Notes: generated by a model from the letters alone, not told the origin. Shown: positions 34,625-45,879, counted from the first letter of the whole stretch. The stretch is DNA of 59,445 bases, filler included, from 3 parts of 3 records of this genome joined end to end with filler, not necessarily neighbours in it, one strand, 5' to 3'. Made by a program: numbers and translations.

Positions 34625-35651
34625 CGTCAGCCGCGGCTTCCTCTTCAACCGGCGCTTCTGAGGCTGGATCCGGCAGCAGACGAGCCCGGATTTCCGTTTC
34701 GATTTCTTCGGCTATGGCCGGGTTTTCACGCAGGTACTCACAGGCGTTTTGCTTGCCCTGGCCAATCTTGTCGCCCTTGTAGGCATACCAGGCGCCGGAT
34801 TTGTCTACCAGGCCCTGTTGAACGCCCAGGTCCAGCACTTCGCCTAACTGGTTGATGCCCTGACCGTAGAGAATCTGGAACTCGGCCTGCCGGAACGGCG
34901 GGGACACCTTGTTCTTCACTACTTTCACCCGGGTTTCATTACCGGTGACTTCATCGCCCTGCTTCACCGCGCCAATACGGCGGATATCCAGACGGACGGA
35001 AGAATAGAATTTCAGTGCGTTACCGCCAGTGGTGGTTTCCGGGTTGCCGAACATCACACCAATCTTCATGCGGATCTGGTTAATGAACACCACCAGGGTA
35101 TTGGCATTTTTCACATTACCGGTAATTTTACGCAGTGCCTGGCTCATAAGCCGGGCCTGCAGGCCCACGTGGGTGTCACCCATTTCGCCTTCAATTTCCG
35201 CTTTCGGCACCAGGGCGGCGACGGAATCCACGATGACCACATCCACTGCGCCGGAGCGCACCAGCATGTCGGTGATTTCCAGCGCCTGCTCACCGGTATC
35301 CGGCTGGGAAACAATCAAATCATCCACGTTCACACCCAGCTTTTCCGCGTAATCCGGGTCCAGTGCGTGCTCCGCGTCCACAAAGGCGCAGGTGGCGCCT
35401 TTTTTCTGGGCTTGGGCGATCACGCTCAGGGTCAGGGTGGTTTTACCAGAGGATTCAGGGCCGTAGATTTCCACGATCCGCCCCTTCGGCAGCCCGCCAA
35501 TCCCCAGGGCAACGTCCAGCCCCAGTGACCCGGTAGAAATGGATGGCATGCGCTCGCGCTTGCGATCACCCATGCGCATGACGGACCCTTTGCCGAATTG
35601 GCGCTCAATCTGTGACAGCGCGGCGGACAGCGCCTTACCTTTATCGCTCAT
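34617..35651 (-). CDS. recA: Recombinase RecA
   Basis: GPESSGKTT Walker [15 protein letters not shown]. Confidence 0.99.
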   Translation of the reverse strand: MSDKGKALSAALSQIERQFGKGSVMRMGDRKRERMPSISTGSLGLDVALGIGGLPKGRIVEIYGPESSGKTTLTLSVIAQAQKKGATCAFVDAEHALDPDYAEKLGVNVDDLIVSQPDTGEQALEITDMLVRSGAVDVVIVDSVAALVPKAEIEGEMGDTHVGLQARLMSQALRKITGNVKNANTLVVFINQIRMKIGVMFGNPETTTGGNALKFYSSVRLDIRRIGAVKQGDEVTGNETRVKVVKNKVSPPFRQAEFQILYGQGINQLGEVLDLGVQQGLVDKSGAWYAYKGDKIGQGKQNACEYLRENPAIAEEIETEIRARLLPDPASEAPVEEEAAADDE

Positions 35652-35733
35652 TAGTGACCCCTCTCCGTTTGCGGTGCGTCATTCATTGACGCCAACCGTA
35701 TCTGATCTGTCTTATCTGACCTTTCGGCCAGCA

Positions 35734-35749
35734 CTGACAATATGGACAG
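35734..35749. promoter_or_regulatory. LexA (SOS) box upstream of recA
   Basis: CTG-N10-CAG (minus strand CTGTCCATATTGTCAG) about 85 nt upstream of recA; matches the gammaproteobacterial LexA consensus. Confidence 0.8.
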
Positions 35750-35855
35750 TATTATGAACAGCATTGGCTGTCCATTGCAACCACCCTGTTACTGTCCACA
35801 TCACTGTTGCTGCAAGCCCGCCTTAGCGGGGCAACGATGAATAGCCTGATTGTGG

Positions 35856-36350
35856 CTACTTGAGGCGGGCATTCAAGCCCAGTATGGCTTCATGAATGGT
35901 CTGCTGACGGACGGCATTGCGGTCACCGGCAAACTGGAAGCAACGGGCCTCGGCATAACCCAGCTTCTGCCCCCAGGCAATCCAGACTGTGCCCACCGGC
36001 TTGTCCGGGGTGCCCCCGTCCGGCCCCGCGATACCGGTCACCGCCACGCTGACATGGGCGCGGGAGTGGCTAATCGCGCCCCGGGCCATTTCCAGCGCCG
36101 TCGCTTCGCTGACGGCACCCGCGGTGTCCAGGGTTGCCGGCAGCACGCCCAGCATTTCCTGCTTGGCTTCGTTGGAATACGTCACAAACCCCCGATCAAA
36201 CCACGCGGACGCGCCGGCAATACCGGTCAGGGTTTCCGCAATGCCTCCGCCGGTGCACGATTCAGCGGTGGTCAATATCAACCGCTGTTCGGCCAGAGCC
36301 CCGGCCAGGGCTTGTGCAGCGGTGAGTATCTCTTCGTCACGAATTGGCAT
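35856..36350 (-). CDS. CinA C-terminal / NMN deamidase (PncC) family protein
   Basis: AESCTGG, VTYSNEAK, GAVSE, TGIAGPDGG; upstream of recA. Confidence 0.93.
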   Translation of the reverse strand: MPIRDEEILTAAQALAGALAEQRLILTTAESCTGGGIAETLTGIAGASAWFDRGFVTYSNEAKQEMLGVLPATLDTAGAVSEATALEMARGAISHSRAHVSVAVTGIAGPDGGTPDKPVGTVWIAWGQKLGYAEARCFQFAGDRNAVRQQTIHEAILGLNARLK

Positions 36351-36356
36351 GTGCGG

Positions 36357-37076
36357 CTAACCCAGATCCACGTTGTGATACACGTTCTGCACGTCATCCA
36401 GATCGTTCAGCATGGCCATGAATTTGTCGAACATCTCCATATCTTCGCTACTGATGGTGGTGTAGCTCTGCGGAACAAACTGGATTTCATCCACGTCGAA
36501 GTCCAGTTCACCGAAGGCTTCCGTCAGCGCCTGCTTGGCCTTGAAGTATTCCGTATTGGGTGTGAAGACGGTCAGTGTGCCGTTGTCATCTTCGATTTCG
36601 CTGACATCCACATCTGCCTCCATCAAAGCTTCCAGCACCGCGTCCTCATCCTCGTGGGCAAAGACGAAAATAGCCACGTGGTCAAACATGTGGCTCACCG
36701 TACCCTGGGTGCCGATCTTGCATTTGGTCTTGGTGAAGGCCATTCGCACATCGCCAAAAGTACGGTTCGGATTGTCCGTCAGGCATTCGATCAGCGCCAT
36801 GCAGCCGCCCGGGCCATAACCTTCATAGCGAGCCGGAGAGTAATCCTCGCCTCCCCCGCCTTTGGCTTTCTCAATGGCCTTGTCGATCACGTGGCCGGGC
36901 ACCTGATCCTTCTTGGCACGATCGATCAGGCTGCGCAACGCCAGGTTCGCCGTGGGGTCCAGGCCCCCGGATTTCGCGCTGACATAGATCTCCCGACCAT
37001 AACGGCTGTACACCTTGGCTTTCATATCCGAGGTTTTCGCCATGGATTCTTTACGGTTTTGATAGGCGCGGCCCAT
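36357..37076 (-). CDS. YebC/PmpR family protein (YeeN-like)
   Basis: [25 protein letters not shown]. Confidence 0.95.
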   Translation of the reverse strand: MGRAYQNRKESMAKTSDMKAKVYSRYGREIYVSAKSGGLDPTANLALRSLIDRAKKDQVPGHVIDKAIEKAKGGGGEDYSPARYEGYGPGGCMALIECLTDNPNRTFGDVRMAFTKTKCKIGTQGTVSHMFDHVAIFVFAHEDEDAVLEALMEADVDVSEIEDDNGTLTVFTPNTEYFKAKQALTEAFGELDFDVDEIQFVPQSYTTISSEDMEMFDKFMAMLNDLDDVQNVYHNVDLG

Positions 37077-37299
37077 ACGAATCTTGCTCCAGAGAGATTG
37101 GTTGCCAGGTATTTTAGGGGAAGATCAGGGAGAGAAGAACAAGCGAAGGAGGGAGAACGCAGCGCACAGACCACAAGCGCACCTTTTCTGACTGGGTAAA
37201 CGTGATGGATAGCCACTCTATCCGGTAATTACTTCCCCATCCTCAAACCATTTCCGCTATCCTCCCCTCCGCATAAATACAATAGACAAGGACTTCATC

Positions 37300-37875
37300 G
37301 TGCACAGCCTTTATCGCGTTGCATTTGCAGCGGCTATTCTCTTTAGCCCATTAGCACAAGCCTCAGAAACTTTCGACTACGTCGACATCGGCTACTCCCT
37401 ACAAAATACGGACTACTCCGGCTTCGGCGACAGCAGTTCCGGCACATTAAAGGCCAGCGCCTCGGCTTTCGGCTGGCTCCATGCGCGCGGTCGCTACCAT
37501 GCGGGTAATGTCCGGTTGCCGGAAAAAAACGCTCAGCAGGAATCCTGGTCGGTGCTTGGTCTCGGCGTTCATTATCCGTTAAGCGCCCAAACTGCGATTT
37601 TTCTGGGCTCGGACCACAACGAACTTGAGCTGCAAAACGGTTCTACCGAACGCGGTTGGTACCACCACATCGGCCTCAGACACGAATTCAACGATAAATG
37701 GCAGGTTGGCCTCGAAATCGGCGAATCCGATGTGCTATTTCGTGATACCGCCTCGCTTATCGAAGCCATTTATAAAGTCACCCAGCAATTTGGGCTATCT
37801 GCCACGCTGCGCGATTACGATGATCTGGACCTGACTGAATACGAGGTTGGCGTACGCTGGTTCTTCCGGGATTAA
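37300..37875 (+). CDS. Putative outer-membrane beta-barrel protein
   Basis: Signal peptide (AQA-S), alternating beta-strand pattern, C-terminal YEVGVRWFF beta-signal-like strand. Confidence 0.7.
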   Translation: MHSLYRVAFAAAILFSPLAQASETFDYVDIGYSLQNTDYSGFGDSSSGTLKASASAFGWLHARGRYHAGNVRLPEKNAQQESWSVLGLGVHYPLSAQTAIFLGSDHNELELQNGSTERGWYHHIGLRHEFNDKWQVGLEIGESDVLFRDTASLIEAIYKVTQQFGLSATLRDYDDLDLTEYEVGVRWFFRD

Positions 37876-37897
37876 AAGCGCCAAGCCCTGCATCACT

Positions 37898-37933
37898 GTT
37901 GAGTAGCGCCTACCCCGTAGGCAGCTACTCAAC
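37898..37933. terminator. Long hairpin between convergent genes (terminator or REP-like)
   Basis: GTTGAGTAGC-GCCTAC / GTAGGC-A-GCTACTCAAC, 16 paired bases with one bulge. Confidence 0.6.
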
Positions 37934-37982
37934 CACAAGGCCTTAAAGGCGCAATCCCGACCCTCAACAAACGGTTACCGGA

Positions 37983-39338
37983 TCAGCCTTCCAGTTCCAC
38001 CAGCGATTCCTCGAAGTAATCCAGAAAGCGCTGTATATGCGGGAGCGTATCGCGGCAACCGATGACGCCGAATTCCAGGCTGTCCTTGTAGCTGAGCACG
38101 GTAATATTCAACGCATAGCCATGCAGCACCAACGATACAGGGTAAGAAGCCAACATTTCGGCGCCGTTGAGATACAGCGGATTCTTGGGCCCAGGGACGT
38201 TGGAAATCACCAAATTGAACATGGGGCTTACCCGCCCGGACAATCCTGTCACCTGGCCAAGCGACAACGGCACATTGGTGAGCAAGGTATACACATCGAT
38301 CTCGGACTTCTGCATATCGCCAAGCCGGGATTTCACCCCTTTCATGGAATCCTGAATGGCTGCCAGCCGGTTCAGAGGCTCTGCGATATGCGTTCCCAGG
38401 CTGACCTGTACGGTGGTAATAGCATTACCCCCCTCGCCCGCCTGGTCCGCACTGCGCAACGACACCGGCACCTGCGCCACCAGCGGCTGGTCCGGTAACG
38501 CGTCCTGGCTCAACAGATAGCGCCGCAGGGCCCCGCCACACATGGCCAGGAAAATATCGTTCACTGTACCGCCATGTTGTTTGGCAGCGGCCTTGATCCG
38601 CGGTAGGGACCAGGACTGGGCAGCAAAGCGTCGGGCACCGGTCACTCGCCGGTTGAGCTGGGTTTTCGGCGCCCGATAAATAGTCTTAACATTGCCGTCT
38701 TTGGGTTGGCGCAACAGGTCCACCAACTGAGCACTGCCTCGGCGCAGATTATTCACCGTGCCTTTCATGCCCGCGGTTGCCGCAGGGGCGCCACTGCTCT
38801 TTCTCGGTTTTTTCTCCGCATCCCATTCGCCCGACCAGGGCACCGGCAAGCGGTCTTCAGCACTGGTGGCCAGGCGCGACTGCATCAAGTACATACCCGC
38901 TACCCCATCCACCATGGAGTGATGCATTTTGGTATAAAGCGCGAAGCGGTTCCCCTCCAGCCCTTCAATCAGGTAGCTCTCCCACAGCGGGCGACTGGGA
39001 TCCAGACGTTGGGCGTGCAACCGCGACACCAGCGCCAGCAACTCACGTACCCGCCCCGGGCGCGGCAAGGCGGAATGACGCACGTGATAATCAATGTCGA
39101 ACGTCTTGTCTTCCACCCAGGCCGCGTCCATACGCATGGGCAAGTGCGACTGGATCTTCTGATTAAAAGGACGGCAAATACCGTTCACCTCTACCAGATA
39201 GCGGTAAATGCTTTCCATGTAATCCGCTGGCGCGTCTTCCGGTATTGCAAACAATGCCAATCCACCCACATGCATCGGGGTCTCACGGGTTTCCATCATC
39301 AGCCAACCGGAATCCATAATGGACAATTTACGGGCCAT
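37983..39338 (-). CDS. atfA2: Wax ester synthase / acyl-CoA:diacylglycerol acyltransferase
   Basis: PMHVGG, PLWE, catalytic HHSMVDG, NLVISNVPGP; 451 aa; N-terminus MARKLSIMDSGWLMMETRET matches my recollection of Alcanivorax AtfA2. Confidence 0.92.
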   Translation of the reverse strand: MARKLSIMDSGWLMMETRETPMHVGGLALFAIPEDAPADYMESIYRYLVEVNGICRPFNQKIQSHLPMRMDAAWVEDKTFDIDYHVRHSALPRPGRVRELLALVSRLHAQRLDPSRPLWESYLIEGLEGNRFALYTKMHHSMVDGVAGMYLMQSRLATSAEDRLPVPWSGEWDAEKKPRKSSGAPAATAGMKGTVNNLRRGSAQLVDLLRQPKDGNVKTIYRAPKTQLNRRVTGARRFAAQSWSLPRIKAAAKQHGGTVNDIFLAMCGGALRRYLLSQDALPDQPLVAQVPVSLRSADQAGEGGNAITTVQVSLGTHIAEPLNRLAAIQDSMKGVKSRLGDMQKSEIDVYTLLTNVPLSLGQVTGLSGRVSPMFNLVISNVPGPKNPLYLNGAEMLASYPVSLVLHGYALNITVLSYKDSLEFGVIGCRDTLPHIQRFLDYFEESLVELEG

Positions 39339-39720
39339 TCTCCCTGCTCCTTATTGTTATGCTTTTCACGCCATTAGCGCTTTCCAAACGGTTCCTGCAA
39401 ACCCCTATCATCGCCACATCATGAAGAAAAACACTAGCGAATTAGTTGCATTTGGTAAGCAAAAGCAAGCCGTTCATGACAACACGACGAATCTGACAGA
39501 CCATATGACGCACGCCGGCTACCCGCCGCTGGAAAAATTGCCACTTTCTATTGGAAAGCGCAGTAGCACAAAAACGGCGGGAGAAAGAACGGGAAATTCG
39601 GTATCAAGCGCCCTGTTCATCAATCCACCCGCGCTTCCGTCCGAATGGTCAGACGGACGGAGATGGGCCGTGACAGCATGATAAAAGAGGGAAAGAAAAC
39701 AGGGGGTCAAAGCCGCAGCG

Positions 39721-40335
39721 CTAGAGAAGCTTGTCCATGACTACCCGGATAGCCTCTGCCAGCTCAGCCTGATCCCGGCTATCGCCCAGCGTCTGGCGTT
39801 GCATCAGATAACGAAACACGCCATCCACAACGGAATAATGAAGCGGGCTGAACTCATCTGCCCGATTTCCCGCCAACAGCCAGGCACGCTCCACGACATC
39901 AATCAGGGTTTGCTCAATCTCGGAGACTGCCACTCGAAAGGATGGATCAAATAGCGCCTGGGTACGAATGTCATACCACAAACGGTGGGTCGCACCATCG
40001 TTGAAGATAGAGCCCGCCAGTGCGTAGGAAAAACGCTCGATAACCGCCTCACGACCGCTCACCCCTTCCAGAGCGCTTTGCAACAAAGCAGTAAATTCCG
40101 CCTTGTAAGCCGTAACACAGAAGGTGATCAATTCGGCCTTGTCTTCGAAGTAATAATGCAGCATACCCAGGGAAAGGTCGGCCTGGCTGGCAATATCACG
40201 CAGGCTGGTATTGGCATAGCCCAGCTCTTGAAGCGTCTGCACCGCACTCTCGGCGATCATCGCCTTTTTCTCGGTGCGCTTGCGGGCATTGCGCCTTGCG
40301 CGTTCTTCAAGTTTCGCTGGTGCCTTTGCCGTCAT
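39721..40335 (-). CDS. TetR/AcrR family regulator
   Basis: GYANTSLRDIA...SLGMLHYYFEDKAEL HTH. Start trimmed to ATG 40335. Confidence 0.92.
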   Translation of the reverse strand: MTAKAPAKLEERARRNARKRTEKKAMIAESAVQTLQELGYANTSLRDIASQADLSLGMLHYYFEDKAELITFCVTAYKAEFTALLQSALEGVSGREAVIERFSYALAGSIFNDGATHRLWYDIRTQALFDPSFRVAVSEIEQTLIDVVERAWLLAGNRADEFSPLHYSVVDGVFRYLMQRQTLGDSRDQAELAEAIRVVMDKLL

Positions 40336-40399
40336 GATGGTCTCTATGCAGTGACAGGTGCGGCTTGCCGGGGATTTCCCCGACAAGCCCGGGCGCACC

Positions 40400-42124
40400 T
40401 TAGCCCAAAAGGGCATTCAGGAAAATACGGGGCAGCTTGAGCCAACCCGGTCGATACTGGAACAACGTCAACAGCCGGCCCACTTCATGCTGTCGTCGAT
40501 TGGTGATGAACCACGGCGGCCGGGGTAGCAGGGTCAGGCTGCCAGCCATGGCAGAGCGGGGAAATGGCCGGAACGGCGCCTCTACTACCGTGCGCTCCAC
40601 CCCTTCCAGCATGAAGGTGTTATGCACAGTTCCAATACCACTTTGCACATCCTCCAGGGTATGGCCGGGGAACGCGCCCCAGGGGCAGACCGTCATCAAG
40701 AAGCCCAACCCGGTCCAGGCATTGATGGCGATGGTGCCGTAGCGCAGCTCACCGATCAACGCCTCGAAACGCTCACGGCCAATCTCTTTCAAGGTGGAGG
40801 GGTGAATAACGATATTGGCACCAAGGGTGCCGTGCAGATTCTCATTGGCATAATCGATAGCCGACTTCAAATACTGCTCAGCATTCTTCGCTTCCAGCTC
40901 ATGGGTTGAAAGCGCCGGGGCGAAAACCTCGTTTTCGCAAAACCAGGGATCGTCTTCCAGACGGGTAAAGATCACCGGAGGAGCCTTGCCACGAGACACG
41001 CTGGAGATCCGCTGGCCATGCCCCCGGAAAGCCCCCAGTCGATTCTCTGCACCCGGGTAATACGCCAAACGCTGTGATTCACCCATGACTTTCTGTAGTG
41101 CCTGAAGCAGGGCCTCACCTTGTTTCCAGCCGCGAGGCATCAGCAATGCCTGGCATGCCACGCAGTTGAAACCGGAATTGTGCAATTTCTGGGTGGCCAG
41201 GTTTTCCGCCTGAAAACGGATATCCGCCTCGGACCAGTTGCCCGGCACCACAATCGTCGGGCATACCGCGCCCAGTTCCGAGGTGATCCGCTTGTCCACC
41301 CGCGGCGTTCGCGCTTCCCGGTTGGCGCGACCTTCCTCTCCCACGCCCCAGATAATGGCGTCATGGGTAACTTCGGAACCGGTAATGTGGATCTCTTCTA
41401 CCACCGGATGCTCAGTCAACCAGGCGCCCACATCTCCGCCGCCTTTCACAATCCGCAATGCATCGCGGTCTATTAGAGGCCGCAGGGCCGCGCACAGGTA
41501 ATCGGTCAGGTAGTCATTCACCGGATTCATTTTCAGAATCACCACCTGGTTTTCCACAAACAGTTTCTGAAAGGCATCCAGTGGAGCAATAGCCGCAATA
41601 TTGCCCGCCCCCAGCACCAACGAAACCTTGCCCTTGCGGTCGGCCCGGGGGGAGTCATACAAGGTCGCCGCGTGTGCCGGCAAATTCTCTTCCGTAACCC
41701 CCGGTTGCATCCAGATTTCTGCCTGAACGCCGGAAAGCAGCAACCGATCCCAGATAGAATGCGGCGTTACTTTTACCGCCGTTTGTCCCGTGACCAGCTT
41801 GCGTTTCGGCAAACCATCGAGAAAGGCCTTGCCATCCATTTCCGACAGGGTCTGCATCAAACCATTACATGCCCCCATAAGAGCATAGGGGCCCGACAGC
41901 CACTCTTCACCCTGCAACGGCGAGTCCGCTGGTAGCTGCTTGCCCCGGGTGGCTGCCGCCACCCAGCCTGGTGCAACCTGGACCAGAGCATCCTTGATTT
42001 CCTGCAAAATGGTCAGGCGCTCAGCGACAGTGGTTTGTGCCCATTGATCCTTCGCCGCATCAAGGACTGTCAGCGCAGCCTGGGAAGGTGCAAAAAATTC
42101 AGCCGTACTCTGTTGTGCTTCCAT
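40400..42124 (-). CDS. Atypical long aldehyde dehydrogenase family protein
   Basis: LGAGN, KMNPVN, HITGS, catalytic Glu in SELGAVCP, catalytic Cys in SGFNC, NEVFAP. Start trimmed to ATG 42124. Confidence 0.85.
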   Translation of the reverse strand: MEAQQSTAEFFAPSQAALTVLDAAKDQWAQTTVAERLTILQEIKDALVQVAPGWVAAATRGKQLPADSPLQGEEWLSGPYALMGACNGLMQTLSEMDGKAFLDGLPKRKLVTGQTAVKVTPHSIWDRLLLSGVQAEIWMQPGVTEENLPAHAATLYDSPRADRKGKVSLVLGAGNIAAIAPLDAFQKLFVENQVVILKMNPVNDYLTDYLCAALRPLIDRDALRIVKGGGDVGAWLTEHPVVEEIHITGSEVTHDAIIWGVGEEGRANREARTPRVDKRITSELGAVCPTIVVPGNWSEADIRFQAENLATQKLHNSGFNCVACQALLMPRGWKQGEALLQALQKVMGESQRLAYYPGAENRLGAFRGHGQRISSVSRGKAPPVIFTRLEDDPWFCENEVFAPALSTHELEAKNAEQYLKSAIDYANENLHGTLGANIVIHPSTLKEIGRERFEALIGELRYGTIAINAWTGLGFLMTVCPWGAFPGHTLEDVQSGIGTVHNTFMLEGVERTVVEAPFRPFPRSAMAGSLTLLPRPPWFITNRRQHEVGRLLTLFQYRPGWLKLPRIFLNALLG

Positions 42125-42125
42125 G

Positions 42126-43766
42126 CTATGCACCCTCCTTGAGCAACGCGTCACCGTAGTGTTCGCGCAGCTGATTTTTCATAACCTTGCCGGTGGCGCC
42201 CAACGGCAATGCATCAACAAAGATGACCTTATCCGGCACTTGCCAGCTGGCCACTTTACCCTCATAGAAATCGAGAATTTCCTTCTCGGTGACATTGCTG
42301 TTTTCATCACGAATGGCAACCAGGACCGGTCGCTCGTCCCACTTGGGATGGCGGGCGGCAATGGCGGCAGCATTGGCAATGCCCGGGTGGGCGATGGCTA
42401 TGTTTTCCAGCTCCACAGTGGAAATCCACTCACCGCCAGATTTGATAATATCCTTGGACCGGTCACGGATAATCATGAAACCATCACCATCCACTGTGGC
42501 AACATCTCCGGTATCAAACCAGCCATCATCAGTGAGAGCGGTCTGTTTTTTTCCGAAGTAACTTTCCACAATCCAGTGGCCACGAATCTGCAAGTCTCCC
42601 TGGGTTTCGCCATCATGGGGCAAGCATTTGCCTGCCTCGTCCACCAGACGCAGGCTCACCCCATAGGGCGGGCGCCCCTGCCCCTCACGCAAACGAGCCT
42701 TCTCATCATCATTGAAAGCATCGTGCTTTTGCAGCAGCTGATTGACAGTGCCCAGCGGCGACGTTTCCGTCATGCCCCAAGCGTGGATCAGTTCCACGTC
42801 GTATTTATCGCGAAACTCTCGCAGCATTGAGGGCGGCAATGCAGAGCCCCCCACCACGGTACGAACCAGGTGATCCAGCTTCTTGCCCGTTCGGGAAAGC
42901 GCTTCCAGCAGCCCCATCCAAATAGTGGGCACCCCCAACGCCAGGGTCACAGCCTGGTCATTAAGCAGTGCCACCAGGCTGTCGCCATCCAGATTCGGGC
43001 CGGGCAACACCAGTTTTGCGCCTACCGCCGCAGCGATGTAAGGCACACCCCAGGCATTAACATGGAACATGGGCACCACCGGCAACACGGTATCCCGTGC
43101 TGCGATGGCAATGCCGTCGGGTTGGTTTCCTGCCAGTGAATGCAGCACCAGGGAGCGATGGGTATATTGCACACCCTTGGGATTGCCCGTGGTTCCCGAT
43201 GTATAACAAAGAGCCGCCGCACTGTTTTCATCCAGCGCCGGCCACTCGCTGAGCGGCTCTACCTCACCCAGTAATTCATCATAAAACTTCAGCCCATCAA
43301 GCATGGCCTCCGCTTCCGCATCCCGCCCCCCCATGAGGACAAAATGACGGATATTGCCCAGCCTAGGTTTCAGGCTGGCGACGGCCGGCAAAAAGGTACG
43401 GTCAATAAAAAGCACCTGGTCATCAGCATCTTCCACAATAAAGGTGAGCTGGTCCGGGTGCAGTCGCGGATTAATGGTGTGGGTAATACGGCCGCTGGCG
43501 GCAACGCCGTAATAAATTTCCAGATGACGACGATTATTCCAGGCGATCGTTGCGCAGCGGCTACCCTGCGCCACACCAAGCGTGTCCAGCACAGCGGCAA
43601 GACGCCGCGCATTCTCAGCGACGACACCCCAATTTTGGGTTTCCACATCACCGCTGGTTTCCACCGACACCACTTCGGTGCCCGCGTGATACTGCATGGC
43701 ATGGTCAATCAATGAGCCCACTGTCAGGGGCTGATACATCATGGTGCCGTTCATGGCTTCACTCAT
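42126..43766 (-). CDS. Medium/long-chain fatty-acid--CoA ligase (AlkK/DmdB-like)
   Basis: YTSGTTGNPKG, PMFHVNAWG, WGMTETSP, DRSKDIIKSGGEWIS. Confidence 0.93.
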   Translation of the reverse strand: MSEAMNGTMMYQPLTVGSLIDHAMQYHAGTEVVSVETSGDVETQNWGVVAENARRLAAVLDTLGVAQGSRCATIAWNNRRHLEIYYGVAASGRITHTINPRLHPDQLTFIVEDADDQVLFIDRTFLPAVASLKPRLGNIRHFVLMGGRDAEAEAMLDGLKFYDELLGEVEPLSEWPALDENSAAALCYTSGTTGNPKGVQYTHRSLVLHSLAGNQPDGIAIAARDTVLPVVPMFHVNAWGVPYIAAAVGAKLVLPGPNLDGDSLVALLNDQAVTLALGVPTIWMGLLEALSRTGKKLDHLVRTVVGGSALPPSMLREFRDKYDVELIHAWGMTETSPLGTVNQLLQKHDAFNDDEKARLREGQGRPPYGVSLRLVDEAGKCLPHDGETQGDLQIRGHWIVESYFGKKQTALTDDGWFDTGDVATVDGDGFMIIRDRSKDIIKSGGEWISTVELENIAIAHPGIANAAAIAARHPKWDERPVLVAIRDENSNVTEKEILDFYEGKVASWQVPDKVIFVDALPLGATGKVMKNQLREHYGDALLKEGA

Positions 43767-43776
43767 TCTTTTCTCC

Positions 43777-45399
43777 TCAGGCGTTAGCAGCAGCGGTGCG
43801 AATCATGTCTACCGCTTTCTCGGCAATCATTATGGTGGGCGCGTTGGTATTACCGCTGGTAAGAGTAGGCATCACCGATGCATCCACCACTCGCAGCCCT
43901 TCCAGCCCATGAACCTTTAATTGAGGGTCGACCACAGCCATGCTGTCGATACCCATCTTGCAGGTGCCAATCGGGTGATAAATGGTGTCGGCCCGGGAGC
44001 GAATATGGGCTTCCCATTCCTTGTCGCTCAAACCGTCACGCACACCAAACAGTTCCTGCTGACGGTATTTCGCCATCGGCTGACCCTCGAGAATCTGACG
44101 GGTCATCTTTGCTCCCTTGATGGTGGTTTCCAGATCCCGCTCATCCGACAAGAATTTCGGATCGATACCCGGATCCACCAACGGATCCGCACTCTTGAGG
44201 AAGACATTTCCGCGCGAATGCGGCCGCACCGCACAAACGTGACAACTGAAGCCATACCCCATGTGAAGCTTTCGAGCATGATCATCCACCACGGAAATAA
44301 CAAAGTGCAGCTGGATATCCGGCTTCGACAATGACTCATCCGTTTTCAGGAACGCAGCCCCTTCCGCGAATGGTGTAGCGATCATGCCCGTTCCGTCTTT
44401 CTTCCACTGGGCCATGTGCTTGAGCAGATTGACGCTCCCCACCACACCGATACCAAAGTTATCGGTGTCCCTGCTTTTGTAAGCGAGAATAAAGTCCAGA
44501 TGATCCTGCAAGTTCTGACCGACGCCGGGCAGTTCGTGAACCATCTCGATACCATGAGGGGTAATGTCCTGCGGGCGTCCTACACCAGACAGCTGCAGCA
44601 GCTGGGGAGAATTGAATGCCCCACCACACAACAGCACCTCACGGTTGGCATTCACCACGGCATCCTCGCCTTTGCACCTGTAACGCACACCGCTGGCACG
44701 CTTGCCCTCGAACATAATCCGGGTGGCATGGGCCCCAGTCAGAACAGTCAGATTTTTGCGCTCCATCACCGGGTGGAGAAAGGCCGCTGCGGTAGAGCAA
44801 CGCTCACCGTTTTTAGGCTGACCGTGAAACTGGGTAACCTGGTAGATCCCTACCCCTTCGTTATCACCGGTATTAAAGTCCGCCTTGGCGGCATACCCCG
44901 CCTGGCAGGCAGATTCAACAAAGGCATGGGTCATCGGGCGCGGGCTTTTCTGGTTGCTAACATGCAGCGGACCATTGTCACCATGGTACTCATTGCTGCC
45001 ATTCTCATTGTTTTCCGATTTGCGGAAATACGGGAGCACCTCGTCCCAGGACCAACCCTCACACCCCTGTTCGGCCCATCCATCGTAATCCTCACGGTGG
45101 CCGCGCACGTACAGCATGGCATTGATGGCGCTGGAACCACCCAGCGCCTTGCCACGTGGCTGGTAACCCAACCGGCCATTCAGCCCCGGCTGTGGCTCGG
45201 TATTAAAGGCCCAGTTACTGATCTTGCCGTGGCCAGGCATCATTGCCACCACCCCGGCAGGGGCGCGAATCAGAATGTGATCTCCCTTGCCACCAGCTTC
45301 CAGCAGACAGACAGATACCGAGGGATCCTCACTTAGACGAGCGGCCAGCACAGCTCCCGCTGAACCTCCGCCGACGATGACGTAGTCAAATTTCATCAT
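43777..45399 (-). CDS. GMC family FAD oxidoreductase (AlkJ-like alcohol dehydrogenase)
   Basis: GGGSAG, GKALGGSSAINAMLYVRG, GQNLQDH, YHPIGTC, GNTNAPTIMIAEK. Confidence 0.93.
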   Translation of the reverse strand: MMKFDYVIVGGGSAGAVLAARLSEDPSVSVCLLEAGGKGDHILIRAPAGVVAMMPGHGKISNWAFNTEPQPGLNGRLGYQPRGKALGGSSAINAMLYVRGHREDYDGWAEQGCEGWSWDEVLPYFRKSENNENGSNEYHGDNGPLHVSNQKSPRPMTHAFVESACQAGYAAKADFNTGDNEGVGIYQVTQFHGQPKNGERCSTAAAFLHPVMERKNLTVLTGAHATRIMFEGKRASGVRYRCKGEDAVVNANREVLLCGGAFNSPQLLQLSGVGRPQDITPHGIEMVHELPGVGQNLQDHLDFILAYKSRDTDNFGIGVVGSVNLLKHMAQWKKDGTGMIATPFAEGAAFLKTDESLSKPDIQLHFVISVVDDHARKLHMGYGFSCHVCAVRPHSRGNVFLKSADPLVDPGIDPKFLSDERDLETTIKGAKMTRQILEGQPMAKYRQQELFGVRDGLSDKEWEAHIRSRADTIYHPIGTCKMGIDSMAVVDPQLKVHGLEGLRVVDASVMPTLTSGNTNAPTIMIAEKAVDMIRTAAANA

Positions 45400-45477
45400 A
45401 CTCTCCCGAATTATTGTTTTGCTGTTTTATGGCCTGATCCACGGAGTCCTCACAGGCATGACCTCAGTCAATCATTA

Positions 45478-45499
45478 AATTTGGTCAGTTGTCCAGATT
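45478..45499. promoter_or_regulatory. Imperfect palindrome, candidate TetR operator
   Basis: AATTTGGTCA-GT-TGTCCAGATT (8 of 10 complementary), about 80 nt upstream of the GMC gene. Confidence 0.5.
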
Positions 45500-45879
45500 G
45501 TTTGTATTGATCAATTTGTAGTCTTTTCGTAACCCAGAGGAAGAACGAAAACCGATCTGGACCAGACCTATACGGTGACGCAGCAAAATTGGGTGGCGCC
45601 GGAGCAATGGCAGGGATAACGCGCCGATGGAAGCACTATTCCCGCACCGCACTTCAAATCAGAAGGGCATGTGGAATTGAGGAAATACCTGAGGGTGGAG
45701 CAGACACGGGTTATGGCAAGCACTCTTGCGTTTTCCTGGCCCGGTAATATGAATCAAGCGGCAAGTCTGTATCAGTCAACGGCAGCGACTTGCGGGAGGC
45801 CATCCCGTCGGCACCCGCCCTCAATCACGTTGAACTGGATTGCTTTCAAACAGGCAAGCGCAAGACGCCCCGATATTGT

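Noticed and set aside
45533-45619. Possible C-terminal gene remnant (PRGRTKTDLDQTYTVTQQNWVAPEQWQG-stop) between the GMC operon and fecI
   Set aside because: Too short, no start, no recognisable family; only a translated search could support it.
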